Shown: positions 1-29,130, numbered from the stretch's first letter. The stretch is DNA of 64,000 nucleotides from Amoebidium appalachense (GCA_963693365.1 CAVNZM010000017.1:1651989-1715988), one strand, 5' to 3'. Numbers and translations: made by a program. The notes: generated by a model from the sequence alone, not told the origin.

Positions 1-102
1 TTAAAATAATGTGAAAATCGAGATAAATAGAGCTAAAATTTTCCACTGAGTTAGCTGCAGATACTATAAGTTGACCACACCAACCCTAGTGGAATTTTGT
101 TA

Positions 103-133
<31 letters not shown>

Positions 134-145
134 CACACACACACA

Positions 146-176
<31 letters not shown>

Positions 177-821
177 CACACCACCCCTCATCGCCCCACC
201 TCCCGGGGAAACTTACTAATAGTAAGAACTTAAGGGCCATGTTTTCAATGTTCTCCACCTGACCTATTTCCAAATTTAAGTAACCATGATCTAAAATTTC
301 GGTCACCCCCTGTATGTATACGTACGTACAACACCCCTATGGTGTGGCACTAGTCACAGCAGTATTCCTCATCATCCGAAAAACCTGCGAATTCTGAATT
401 TTCAATATAATCAGGCTGACTCCAGTACACCCAAAAGACAGACGGTATCCGAGGCTATGGCGACAATCACGGATCGCCTCTGTTAGCTTCTTAACCGATT
501 CTAGATCAAGCACTATATGGCTTTGATACTCCAAACCGTTTTACACGGCAGGCAGGATCGACTCGACGGATGCACTGGCACCAAATGGCATCAGTGGCTC
601 AAAACACAGGTTCAACCGTGCGTCGTCTTGAGAAGACTCTGAGGTGCCATAGCCATGTTAGAGTTAGAGGAACAGATACGCGTTCGATCGGATCGTCCAT
701 ATAAGGAAACTAAAAACCGTTTTTGCGAAGGCAATAGCTCCTAACTAAGGAAAGGTATTTTGTTCCGAGGCTCAAGATATGAGCCCTTCCCCCCCTCCCC
801 CTTCCCCCCCCTTTCCAACCC

Positions 822-861
<40 letters not shown>

Positions 862-1028
862 CCCCCTTCCCCCCCCCCCTCGCCCGCCCCCCCCTCCTCC
901 CCGGTAATCTTCCTCCAACCCCAATCCAGACCTGCCCATCGACCCTGCAAAGAAAACGTCTGACCAGTCACTTTTCATTTCCCTTGCTCATCGCCACCCC
1001 CAGACCCTCTCTTCCCCCCCTCCCCCCC

Positions 1029-1059
<31 letters not shown>

Positions 1060-1419
1060 TTTCCCCCCCCCCTTCCTCCCCTCATTTAAAGAAGGAAAAA
1101 AAGAAAGAAAGAAAGAAAAAAAGAAACACAGGCTCACTCTTCACGAATTGAATTCTAAAGTGACTCACCTGACCCGCTCTGCACTTGCGCAAGTGTACGT
1201 CCTCTGCAGCAGCCTGGCCCCAACCGATAGCACCGAGGCAGTACCGTGAGTAGTGCTATCATTAGCCGCCCCTGCAGACAACATCGTGAAGGGGCTGAAT
1301 GTGTTGAGCCAACGATGTGCTGTGCTGCGGCCTCCTCCTCTCTCTCTCTCTCTCTCCCCCCCCCCCTCTCCCCCCTCCCCCCTTAGACCTCCCACGGAAC
1401 CCCCCCCCCCATCTGTGCC

Positions 1420-1483
<64 letters not shown>

Positions 1484-1954
1484 GGCCACAAAGGGGACGT
1501 GGTTCGGGGCACGGCCCACGGCGGCGCGCGCAAAGGGAAACATGGCCTCGCGTCGCGACTGGCGGTGGTTGACGCTGCAAACTTAATAGCAAACTAGTAG
1601 ATAGTGCTCGAGCTCGGGAGCCGCCTCGAACTTCAGTTTACCGATTTTGCAGGAACCTGTATGTGTTGAATTCGAAGCCGGATTTTGTCACTGTCAAAGT
1701 GACTTGTGCCGCATAGACCGATTCCTTTTCAATTGTTCAACGGGTTTGGCTCATAAATAACCTCACTTCTCATGCCCGACACAGCCACCGCGTACCCGCG
1801 ATCTCACTCATGCAGCTGTCACATGTATTGAAAAATTAAAGGGTGTATGTATGCCGCCCTTGTCAGTGATGTTATGCAAACAAATGCCACAAACGTGTAT
1901 GGCAATTGCAGCATGGGTTTAACAGCTGTACGACATGGAATCTCATGAGTTCAC

Positions 1955-1996
1955 ATTAGATAGCGCACCGAAACTTTTTTCGGTGCGCTATCTAAT
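1955..1996. repeat. Perfect 19-bp inverted repeat (hairpin)
   Basis: ATTAGATAGCGCACCGAAA (1955-1973), 4-nt loop, TTTCGGTGCGCTATCTAAT (1978-1996). Confidence 0.9.
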
Positions 1997-2257
1997 CACT
2001 GTGGTTTGCGGTGACGCCTAGATCTGGGCTCGAGGCTCTTGATGTTGTGACCCCCCCCCCCCCCCCCCCCCCCTCCCCCCCCCCCCTCCCGGTGTGTGTG
2101 GTCCCCTGGACCACGTTGCACGGGGCCCCACGCTCCCCACACGGGCCCTTTGTAGTCGTAGGTCTTTGGGATGTGCATTAATCAATTCTTATTGGCTAAA
2201 CAAGCAAGAATCAACTGTTACAACGACAAACTGAATCTGGATAGGAAACCTCGGGAG

Positions 2258-2289
<32 letters not shown>

Positions 2290-2307
2290 ACTCCCCCTGC
2301 ACACTGT

Positions 2308-2388
<81 letters not shown>

Positions 2389-2460
2389 TCACACACACAC
2401 ACACGCACAAAATAAGAAAAGAATAAGAAATGCGAGAGAAAAAAAAAAAAGAAAAGAAAA

Positions 2461-2520
2461 GAAGTCAAAGCCGGTCTTTTGTCATTGAGGCAAAGAAACC
2501 ACCTGATGAGGCTCTCGGTG
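2461..2520 (+). mobile_element. Degenerate fragment of repeat family 2 (ribozyme-like core, 3' half)
   Basis: GAAGTCAAAGCCGGTCTTTTGT..AGGCAAAGAAACCACCTGATGAGGCTCTC aligns by eye with 40229-40283. CTGATGA is kept at 2503-2509; GAAA is decayed. Confidence 0.55.
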
Positions 2521-3239
2521 GCACGTCCATTCGATTCCCCCCCCCCCCCCCTCCCCTCCTCCGCCCGTGCATGACTTAGGCACCGGTAATGCATATGATC
2601 CCCTCAAACAGCACGCATGCATACTAAAAGCAAGTGCACACACGCACATGTACAGGGGAGAAGAAAACTGAAGTTTTAATGATATTTTTATGATGATATG
2701 TACGAAGAGGGGATGCTAGGTTAATTGGTCATAAAGCAGTTTCACCTTCCAACCTTGTTATTGCTTGGAATCACACTGCTGCTGCCTTTTTATTTTTTAT
2801 TTTTATTTTTATTTTTATTTTTTTTTGGGGGGGGGGGGGGGGGGAGGGGGAGGGAGAGGGGGAGGGGAGGGGGGGGGCGGCAGGGGGGGGGGGGGGAAGG
2901 GGGGGTGAGAGTGAGTGAGTGAGAGAGTGAATGAGTGAGTGAGTGAGTTAGTGAGTTAGTGAGTGAGTGGGTGATTATGGAGAGAGTGTGTGTGTGTGGG
3001 TGGGTGGTTGGGGGGGACCGGAAAGGGGGGTTGGGGTTTGGGGTTTCCGGGTTGTGGTTGGTTGGTTGGTTAACATTTCCTGCAGGGGTGCATATCTTCA
3101 GGTTTTTGAATTTTATGATATGGTTTTACACGGCATATATAGTCTTATTACCATCGTATTCTTAAATATCGTTTATACGACTTTTATCTCTTATGATTGC
3201 TATATGTCCAAAGCAATCATACTGTGTCACCGAAAACAT

Positions 3240-3405
3240 TGGCGGTAGAGCATTGAGAATATTTTTTCAGCAGGAGGCACCTGGTTCGAATCCCGGGATG
3301 TAGCGCATTGGGGATCGGATGCCCTGATGGGACTCGCCTGGGTGCAGAACTATGGCAATGGCCCTCTAAGCTAACTCCAACCGGGGTAGTCAAGGATCGG
3401 ATGCC
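3240..3405 (+). mobile_element. tRNA-derived (SINE-like) head
   Basis: B-box GGTTCGAATCC at 3283-3293 in an imperfect T-arm (CCTGG/CCCGG), with an A-box-like TGGCGGTAGAGCA at 3240. No full cloverleaf. Direct repeat GGATCGGATGCC at 3312 and 3394. Confidence 0.35.
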
Positions 3406-3429
3406 TTGGCTATTCCGGAAAGTTTTTTT

Positions 3430-5460
3430 TTTTTCTTCTTAAGGCATTGTGCCCTCCGCCCGTTATTACCAAAGGCGGGAATACGCCTCTGCTCCTCCAC
3501 CGTTTGCATATTTGGTGAGTGAGTTCGTCTCCGCCTTTTATGAGTTGGGCTTCATTCCTTCGTCGCGGAATGACACTCTTGTTAATCCAGTCCGCAAGAA
3601 GGTCTCTACTCCATGGTCCGATTTCTTCTTTTCGGCCGGTCACCTTAACCAACATATTTCGTCGGCTATTCGAGTCCTGCATATTGCGCGCCTTCCACAA
3701 GCATGAGACCTTATCCAATGTATTTCGATTAAGCAACATTCAGGGCGCGTTTCGGCATGCTTATTCGTGCTATACTCATGCTCTTCTTTTACACGACACT
3801 ATCCGTTCGGGATGTCGCGAGGTTTGCTTCATCAACCTTAAGAATGCCTACGATACGGTTCCGACGAATTTGCTTTGGCATAAGTTGGCGACTCGAGGGC
3901 TCCCACTTCCCTTTGGTCGACTACTTCAGGCGTTATTTGACCACACCCATGGGGCTGCCGTTGTGAATGGGGTACTGAGTAACGGATTCAGTCGTACACG
4001 AGGCCTTTTACAGGGCCCACTTTTGAGTCCCTCCTTTTTGATGTCTTTTATTGACGCCTTAGCGGTAGAAATTCAACAATTTCCCGTTGCAGGCGACTCT
4101 TGTGTTTCCGGCCCTTTTTTCGCTGATGACATTGTTTTAGTCACTCATGATCCTTCTATTATGACTACCATGCTTTCTCGAGTAGATGATTGGTGTTTCC
4201 GAAATTTCATGATAATTGGGATAGATAAACGCGGCACCTTTTCTCCCCATGCACACTACACTTTGAACAATCAACCTATCCCAGCTGTGTCCTCCTATGA
4301 CTATTTGGTATGCCTTTCACCTCTAAGGGTATTTGCTTTGAACGCCTTTTGACTTCGCGCAATTCCCGTGCGCGTGGTCGTTTACACATCTATCAAGGCA
4401 TTTTCGCAAGTATTTCTAATGTCCATCCTGCTAATCTGCTCACTCTTTATAAAATTTTTCTTCGTCCATGTTTTGCATATGGCCTCCCGTTACTCTTGTG
4501 TGCCCCTCCACGGCAACAGCGTGCGGCGCTTCGGGAATTCGATTCCTTTCAGCGTGAATTCATCCAGTTCATCTCTCGGACCTCGCGTAGGCATCCTCTG
4601 ACGGCTCCTTTGCTGAGTGTTTTTGGTCTCCCTCCGGCGAGTCAGCGTATGAATGAGTTGGGCCTTCGCTTTTGTTTTCATTTGGTTAGGCTTCCTTCTT
4701 ATCATCCTTATGTTGCAATTCTTTCCTTCTTTAGACCCTGTTTCCTTCTTATCATCCTTTGTTGCAATTCTTTCCTTCTTTAGACCCTGTTCCCATTTCT
4801 AATATTCGTGCAGAATGTCCTGTACCCAAACTATCTCCCATTCAGAGATATCCTTTTAAATATTTGTCTCCTTTATTTTTCTCTTCCTCTATTTATCAGC
4901 AGTATGTTACTTGGTTTCAACTCAATATCCTTTGCTTCATCGTTGTGATAAAGAGTATCATGGTAGGACTCTTGAGCCTGTGCTTCTTTTTATATTAGAG
5001 ACTCGTCTATTTTCTCTACAATCGTTAAGTAAATTAGCTACTTATATTCATCCTTCCTCTCGTAAACCTTCCACACTTGCCGATTTTACCATTCTAACCC
5101 CTTCTTGTGATATTGCTTGGAAATGTTTATTTTGGCATTGTAACCTTAGTTGCCATAAATGTTTGTGTCACTTTTGTGCAGAACCTTTTTCTCGCAAACA
5201 TCTAGATAAATGTATTTATTTATCTAAGATTGTTCCGTTAGAAATTCGAAGACTAGCTTATTTAGATAACCCTGATATTACTTCTATTGACTATCTGTTA
5301 AACCACCGTGTTTTTAACGAGTTTTCTAGGGTGTATGATTATTTGAGTCGTTATCTCCTCCGTATCCGTGAGTAGGGGTTTTTGTATTTTTCTTCTCTGA
5401 GATATCTGTGATATCTCCGGCTTGCTTCTCTTTCATGAGCATATCAATAGAGTCATTATA
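3430..5460 (+). mobile_element. Decayed 5'-truncated non-LTR retrotransposon (LINE): RT plus C-terminal CCHC-like region, frameshifted
   Basis: Overlapping ORFs carry LINE RT motifs in order: GFIPSSRNDTLVNPVRKK, FRPVTL, QGAFR, INLKNAYDTVP, GLLQGPLLSP, FFADDIVL, YDYL. CHFCAEPFSRKHLDKC follows in 4911-5375. Several frameshifts. Confidence 0.9.
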
Positions 5461-5711
5461 AAATGTTTTTCATAGCGTCTTACACAAGGCCTTTAAAATT
5501 TTGGCAATCTTACACCGCTTCCTTATATGGGCGATCAGATCGAACTGGATTCCTCAAATGGGTAATCGGCTCCGATCTCGACCCAAAAGGAATATCAATC
5601 AATCATTTTTTTCTACATTCGTACGGTACACACAGTTTACTTGGCATTAAGATGCTGTTTTTGCATCTTAAATTTACATCCCAAAACGAATATCCTTGCG
5701 AAAAAGGGAGA

Positions 5712-5748
<37 letters not shown>

Positions 5749-5945
5749 TGTGCGTGCATGTGTGTGTGTGTGCGCGCGCGTGCGTGTGTGTGTGTGTGTG
5801 TGTGTACGCCCACGCGCGCGTGTGTATGTAAACAGAAAGTGTGTGTGTCGACACGCCGCGCTGTGTCTGTGTGTGTTTTTCGGGGTGAAGGGGGGGGGAA
5901 TTTGGTCTCCCTCCCTCTCCCTCTCTCTCCTTAGCCTCCCCCCAT

Positions 5946-16362
<10,417 letters not shown>

Positions 16363-17159
16363 GGTAGAAGTGTCTATAAGCACCTGGTAGTTAGCCAATT
16401 GCAATGCTTGTGCATGGATTTTTATGTGTACGTGTGTGTACGTGCGTGTGTGATGCCCCGTTTCTCTGATTTTGAATGTGTGATTGGATGGGAGTGTGCA
16501 CGTTTACGTATGTGCCTTTGTGCGTGTGCGTGTGCGTGTGCGTGTGCGTGTGCGTGTGCGTGTGCGTGTGCGTGTGCGTGTGCGTGATGCGTCGGTGTGC
16601 GCGTATATACGTGCGCGTGTCCTCCTACTATAGTTGTGCTTGTGGATGTTTACAAATTCAGTAGTCAAGTCAGTTGTTTGAACTTTTTGTTTCCGGATCC
16701 GGGCGACAAGTGTTTGTTTGAGCCGGGCGTCTCACGAATTGCCGGTTCCCTTTATACTCAAAGGGATAAATGTCTGGGTAATGTCAAAGATTCCTTGTTG
16801 TATTGTGTATCAATTTTTTGTAAGAGTACTATAAACCAAAAACAGAATAACTAACTCATTATAAATCAATAATAAATTATTAGGACGTAAAAAATAGCCT
16901 AAGCTTCAACTGTGCTGTGTTGAGGCATTAAGCATAATTCCCTTCCTTGAATTATTTTCGAAGGTTGAGTACCGGGAGATTCTATTCATCGATCTCATTG
17001 GATGACCTTGCAAGACTTTCCAAAGAATCTAAAAAAAACGTGCCCCCACACCCTTCACTCAAGTTCACGTTACGTATACTCTTCCTTGTTTGTGAAAATC
17101 TTGTTTCTCAATACCTTGCATCTTCCAACATTTCTCTTTCATTTGAATATTCTTTAACG
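16363..17159. promoter_or_regulatory. Probable bidirectional promoter region
   Basis: About 800 bp between divergent start codons at 16362 (minus) and 17160 (plus). Inferred from the gene arrangement only. Confidence 0.5.
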
Positions 17160-22601
<5,442 letters not shown>

Positions 22602-23213
22602 ATTTTCAGTGTAATTTCCGGAGGTGAATTATGAATGTCGTTCTAATTTTTGGTTTGAAATTTGAAATGTACATCTATTCGAACAACTGTGGATAATATG
22701 CTGGACTTTCACCAAAATCGAATAGATGGTTATGGGAACAACACATAGGGGAAATGATTTTCCGGGGAATATCAATCAGAAAAGTGATTTCGAGAACCTG
22801 ATTTGATATCCCCTTGGGCATGTATGTACTCGGCCAGCACGCCACTGCAGTTAGATGCACACACACACACACACATGCACACACACACACTCGCACACAG
22901 GCCTTGTTTTACACACACACACAGGTACACATGAGCACAGGCAAACACACACATCCGCACACGCGCACAGTGTAACACACACGCATGCACACACTCATGA
23001 ACGGAAAGAATATTGTCATGTTGCCTTTGAGAAGAAAGTTGAAAAACACCGAATAAAAATCTTCCGTAGATAGCAAGTCCAGGCCTGTGCCCCCCCCCCC
23101 GTAGATAACAAGTCCAGGCCTGTGCCCCCCCCCCCCCCCCCCCCCCTCCCCCCCTCCCCCCCCCCTCCCCCCTCCCCTTCCCTCCCCTCCCCCCCCCCCC
23201 CCCCCCCCCCCCC

Positions 23214-23584
23214 TTACTTCCATGCAACCGGGCATGGTTGCTCTGTGTCGTGCATCTGTAAGCACATACGCATTTTCCGGTGCACTGCATTAGTTTGCAC
23301 ACACATATTCACCGTTTTGCTCACCTTGCTTGCATAAGCAACCCTGCTCGCCTTTGATGAAGACGGGTTGACCCTCCCAAGTTCAGTTGATGCTGCTGCC
23401 TGAGTTGGAGAGTCGTATACACGCGGGCTAAGGGGTCGAAACTCAGACGCAATTGATGAATTGGGCCCTCCCTGAGGATGGGCTCTGCTTATGACGCATA
23501 CTGTGCGCATGGCTGATGTTGCATACTTGAATGTTTGCCTTTGCATGTGTCCTTCGTGTATGCGTACTTCGTACCGTGTTCAAA
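23214..23584 (+). mobile_element. Repeat family 1, longest copy, flanked by poly(C)
   Basis: 23339-23584 is highly similar to 37968-38235, and its 3' part to 13048-13193 (minus). C-runs on both sides. Confidence 0.9.
23333..23493 (+). ncRNA. Candidate permuted hammerhead-like ribozyme (family 1)
   Basis: Closing stem CATAAGCA/TGCTTATG; GUU 23404-23406; GAAA 23438-23441; CUGAGGA 23472-23478; stem I GGAG/CTCC; stem III CTGAG/CTCAG. Stems covary with the family 2 copy. Confidence 0.6.
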
Positions 23585-23597
23585 CCCCCCCCTTCCC

Positions 23598-23628
<31 letters not shown>

Positions 23629-23723
23629 AAAAAAAAAAAAAGGCCAGGCGGCCGGGCCAGGCTGGCAGTGAATCAAGAAAATGCATGCACGCACGCAAAA
23701 GTACACAAGCCCACACACAAGCG

Positions 23724-23774
<51 letters not shown>

Positions 23775-24456
23775 ACACACACACATGTAGACACACACGC
23801 GCGCGCGCACACACACGCACACAAAAAAAGGGGGGGTGGGGGGGGGGGGGGGGGGGGGGGGGATCTGGTGTATATGTGTTTTCTTCTGCGTCTCTTTCTT
23901 TGAAACACTGCAGAATGTATGATCTGAAATACGACACGGTTAACGGCTGATGGTCCCATACAGACTGCGTACCCCGACAGACTACATAGATTAGCTGACT
24001 CCCGGGAATATATTTCAATCCAAAATGACGTCACAGAGTTACTTCTATTTAAGGAAGTATCTCAGTGTGACGTCACATGCAATAGCAATTTCAGCCGGCG
24101 CCGGCGGCTACTTTTTGGTAGTCTGACAACGTACATGGTCTATTTTGAAACGTTGGTTCTTAATTCTTGCTGTGCCGAGCCCGTATATTCACCAAAGCAA
24201 CCGGGGTGGGAGTATATCGGATGCCAAGAAAAGACAGCATCGAAAAAAAAATAAAAAAATAAAAATAGGATCAAAAAGCAAGAAGGAAAGAAAGAGAGAA
24301 AAAAGTTCTGAAAGGGTTGACTGTATTTGAATGCTTTTGCACGGGAACATGCACACAGTGCGGAAGGATTGGCCATCTGTTTTGCCACCTGCTCTTGAAT
24401 TTTTATTTTTTTATTCAATGGTATTTTATTTTTGTTTTATACGTGTGTGTGTGTAT

Positions 24457-24512
<56 letters not shown>

Positions 24513-24990
24513 TTTCTCCTCCTTCATATAGAAGACAATATTTACAGGCTATTCTTAAGCTATTCTTAAGAGTTTCTTCTATTGGTGTTTATTTATAGTT
24601 CTTTTTTGTGACCCCGTTTAACAACAATTACAAAGTGGCTGGAGCTTAAAGTTTAGCTATCTTTAAGCCACGCGTGTCTCCAGTCGATTTTCTGGGTTTT
24701 TTTAAATAATATAAACACTGATATACAACCAATTAAATTTCAGCGGCACGGATCAAAAATTGAGGGGCCCAATAATTATATTTTTACTACTTAAATCACA
24801 CTTGACATATGAACACACGCGACATCGCAGATATCTCGAGAATAAGTTAATGAGGTTAAACAAATGTAAATCTATCTATACGTTGATAACCCCCCCCCCC
24901 CCCCCCCCCCCCCCCCAACCTCCGATCCCGGGGCACGAAATCTTGCCTAATCTGGAGCCATTCGTACACACCTATCGAGGCTCATGTGGT

Positions 24991-25025
<35 letters not shown>

Positions 25026-26765
25026 ACCCACCCACCCACACACACACACACACGTACACACACGCACTAGCACAACCACCACCACCATTTCCCCCTCCCC
25101 TTCCCCCCTCCCCACCCCTCCCCTTCCCCCCCCCCCCCCCCCCCCCCCCCCCGCTCCCCACTTCCTGGGAATGTATTTCAAACTCGTTTGTTTAGGGCTT
25201 CTAAAAGTTGCCAATCGAATCAAACCCTTAGCAGCTTTAGTTAAACTTTGTTTGCCAACGTGACAACGGTTAGCCTCCTCCCCCCCAATAATCCCCCCCC
25301 CCCCCCCCCCTCCCCTTCTTCTCCCCACTCACCCTTCCCTTCCCTCCCCCCCCCCCCCCCTCCCCACTCCCCCATTCCCCCTCCCCCTCCCCCTCCCCCC
25401 CACACACACACCCGCACACACACACACACCTACACCCACATACATCACACCAGGACTTCCCAATATTTGACGTGCACGAGATCTCAACCCAAATTGAATT
25501 ACATGCCCTAAACCCCCACCCCCCTCCATCCCCATCCCCCTCCCTCCCCCTACCCCCCTCCCCCTCTCCTGACCACCCTCCCCTACTCGGATCCTCCCCC
25601 CCCCTCCCCCGCCCCCTTCCTGCCTTCCCCCCCACCCCCCTCCCCCCTCCCCCCTCCTCTCCACTCTCCCACCTCCCCCTCCCCACTCTTCCCAGAATGT
25701 AAAGCTTTTTTACCTCTTGCACCTACTGTAACCAATTTCACACACGTTGTTTCTATTTGACCAATAGCTAACCTCCGATATTCCCAAAAACGAGTTATGC
25801 AAAGATCGGAATTTTATCTGTGTTTGCCCCCGCCCTCCCCCCCCCCTCCCCCTGTATTTGCTAGCTATACAATGTTGGTTCGTTCGTAACCGGATCCCCC
25901 TTGGATTGAAACTTTCGAAATTTAGCACCAGCCACCCCTAGTCTTTTGCAAACTATATACTCCTTGTATCACTATGTCATTATATAGCCCGATCGTTCTA
26001 CCATGTCTGTTAAACGGGCTCAGCTTGAAGTAGGTGACTAGGTACCCTACGACGGAACCAACCGAAGCTTTTAAAGAAGAGGTGCTAAATAATTTCTAAA
26101 TGAATAAAACATTTCAACCTAGTAATAATGATTAAAAAATCCCAAACAATGTCCACCAGCTAGCCCGCCACACCTGCAAAATATGTTGTGTTATAACTTT
26201 TAATTTTTATGAGGTAGAGACATACATAATTTTGGTCATCTTTACATTCTTCTCTGTGCAAAGATGGGAAGGGAGGGAGGGAGGGAAGGGGGGGGGGGGG
26301 GGGGGGGGGGGGGGAGAGGGGTAGCGGCGTTTTGCTTTGGGATGAAAAAGTTATGGGAAACTCAGTTTAGGAGAGAAAAAGGCAGGCGGGGCGGGGGGAG
26401 GGGGGGGGGGGGGGAGGGGGAGGGGGGAGGGGGGGGGGGGGGAGGGGGGGAGGGAGGAGGGGGGAGGAGGAGGGGGGGGGGGGGGGGGAGGGTCGTGGGA
26501 TTTTGCTAGTTCACATATGGTTACGAATAGGAAGACCGAACTCGAAAACTGTAGATAAGCGTTAGGAGCGGTGTTAAATCGTTATGGGTGTTGGGGTGGA
26601 GTGGTTTGTGGGCCGGTGTTTGCGTGTGTGTGTGTGTGCGCGCGCGCTTGTGTGTGTGTCGGTGTGTGTGAGCGCGTGCTTGCTTGTGTTTGTGTTTGTG
26701 TTTGTGTGTGTGTGTGCGCGCGCGCGCTTGTGTGTGTGTCGGTGTGGGTGTGCGCGCGCTGCTTG

Positions 26766-26807
<42 letters not shown>

Positions 26808-28563
26808 TGTCTGCACGCGTGTACATGCACATGTGCGCATGCGTGTGCGTGCGCAAGTGTTTGTGTCTGTGTGTATTGCTTTGGGGTGAAAAGGGATGTG
26901 AAACCTCAGTCTAATTGAGCAGAAGGTCCGCGGGCGCCCCTGGGGGGGGGGGGGGGGGGGGGGGGCACTTTGCGTGCAGCAAACGAGTAGTTTTGCCAAG
27001 TTACGAGTAGAAAGACTGGGATTTACGCTGTTTATTCGAGGCAAAGAGAGAGAAGGCTACCCTGAAAACGTGGAGGCCAGAGTCAGACGTTTACAGCTAA
27101 TCCAACCTCCAACAACAGGATATACTCTCGAAACTGTAGATAACGGTTGCGAGAAATGCGGGTGAGGTGGTGTGTGTGCGCACGCGTTTGTGTGTGTGTG
27201 CGCGCGCGTGTGTTTGGGGGGGAGGGGGAGAGGGGAAGGGGGGGGAAGGGGGAGGGGGAAGGGGGATTATCAACAATATAAATCCATACCTGAAAATTAG
27301 CCGGTACACTCGAAATTAAGATTTTGGCAACATTTGTGTTGAGCGAATCTTGTTTGTGGATATATAATCATGTGTGAATGACTGACATCATATATTTAGC
27401 TGTTAAATTGAATACTATGTATGTTAATCTATACTTCTATAGCAAAGAGTCTTTGTAGTGTCAATAATGTCACAGTGCAAGACTAAAACAACATAGCTAC
27501 AAAATGACCATATTTGGACACGAACATATATTGATAGAATAGTTGTAGGGTTATGTTTACACTGGGTTGGTGCTAAATGCTATACATACATGCCTAGTCA
27601 CCACACAGAAACCCATTTGGCATGGCAAAATTATGTATCTATAACAGCTCATTTTACAAGATTAAGTTTGAAGCCATATAAGGCATTTTTGGTTGAAATG
27701 GGGGCGTGGGCAGTAGTAAGTATTGAGGTCCCCCCTGGTGGTGGGTCCCCCCCCCCCCTGGTGAGGGGGGGACCCACCTGTTAGGGGGGGTGGTGGGTCC
27801 CCCCCCCCCCCCCCCCCCCCCCCCCCGCGCCCCCCCAAAGCTGACCACCGGGGTGGTGGGTCTCCCCCCCCCCCCCCCCCCCTCGCGCAGGGAATCCAAC
27901 GGGACCCCCCGCCCCGGCCGCGGCTGCGTACCCTCTCAAGTTCTGGGACGCTCCCCCCCCCCCCCCCCCCTTCCCTTCTCATCCACCACCATCACCAACA
28001 TTAAGTTTGTACCAAGTCTTCTTCCCTTCGTTTTCGAATTTTGATAAAGCTAGGGCAAATCTATCATGCACAACATGTCACTGGGAGTGTGCGTCTGCAA
28101 CGGTGCAGTGTAGACGTGGGACCGGTACCGTGTGTGTATGTGTCCTTAAGGTGGGCGGACATTCGACACTCCTAATCACTGTGGTGGCCTGACAGTGTGC
28201 AAGTAAACGTCGTGCCACATGTGCAAGCTGTGTGGATACAATGTGCTTAGCATGTGCAGAATTACATGGCATTTCACGTGTGTGCTGTGCTAGAGAGGAG
28301 GGCCCGGTGTGTGCGCACGTGTGGGTGTCACTGTGCATGTGTGTCTCAGTGTGTGTTTACCTGTGTGTGCGTTTGTGTGCATATGTGTGCGTGTGTTGTG
28401 TGTGTGTGTGTCAGTGATTGAGATAGCAATTCTCTGGCACAAATCTGCACCCGTCTTTCTGAATTGCCATAATATGTGCGTGTGTGTGTTTCTGTTGTTC
28501 AATTACAAATGATGAGCATGCATGATGGCGCATGATGCATGGTGAAATTGTGTCAGACAAATA

Positions 28564-28673
<110 letters not shown>

Positions 28674-29130
28674 ATAGATAAAGAGCGAAAAAGAGGACGC
28701 AGTGGTGGTGGTGGTGGTGTGATGGTCGTGGTGGTGGGAGGAGAGGGGGGGGGGAAGGGGGATAGATAAAGAGCGAAAAAGAGGGCGCGGTGGTTGTGGT
28801 GGTGGTGAGATGGTGGTGGTGGGGGGGGAAGGGGGGGGAGGGGGAAAGGGGAAGCAGTTAGAGAGGAAAAAAGGAATTCAGAATGTGTGCCACGTGTGCG
28901 CGCACGCATCATTATGTGCTACCGCAGAGAATAGCATATTACCCTACGGCAGTCTGTGATCATGAGCGTATTGGAGAGCGTGCGCGCACGTCTGTGTGCC
29001 TGCGTGTGCAAGGATGCTTTTCGGTACATTGTCGAGAAAATCAGTGGTCATGTCTGAGCAACCAGTCATTGCGGTCTCGGTATGAGATCTTGAGAGGGGT
29101 GTAAAGAGTGGAGGGAGGGGGAGGGGGCCA

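Noticed and set aside
217-1543. Possible 5' exons of a minus-strand gene running off the left edge (217-263, about 1169-1323, ATG at 1543)
   Set aside because: Good-looking splice sites exist, but I could not build a unique phase-consistent model or recognise a protein; left unannotated.
3240-3310. Functional tRNA gene
   Set aside because: No acceptor or anticodon stem can be formed, and a T6 run would terminate Pol III; kept only as a tRNA-derived relic.
23978-24125. TGACGTCA (CRE-like) sites as regulatory elements, inside a short CAGACTAC/GTAGTCTG inverted repeat
   Set aside because: The same octamer recurs in TE-like patches (about 6427 and 37695) and this pair is not near a predicted gene start; the 8-bp inverted repeat is too short to call a MITE.
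24140-27600. Protein-coding gene in the long gene-free interval
   Set aside because: No phase-consistent exon chain or recognisable motif; it looks like decayed repeat fragments between homopolymers.
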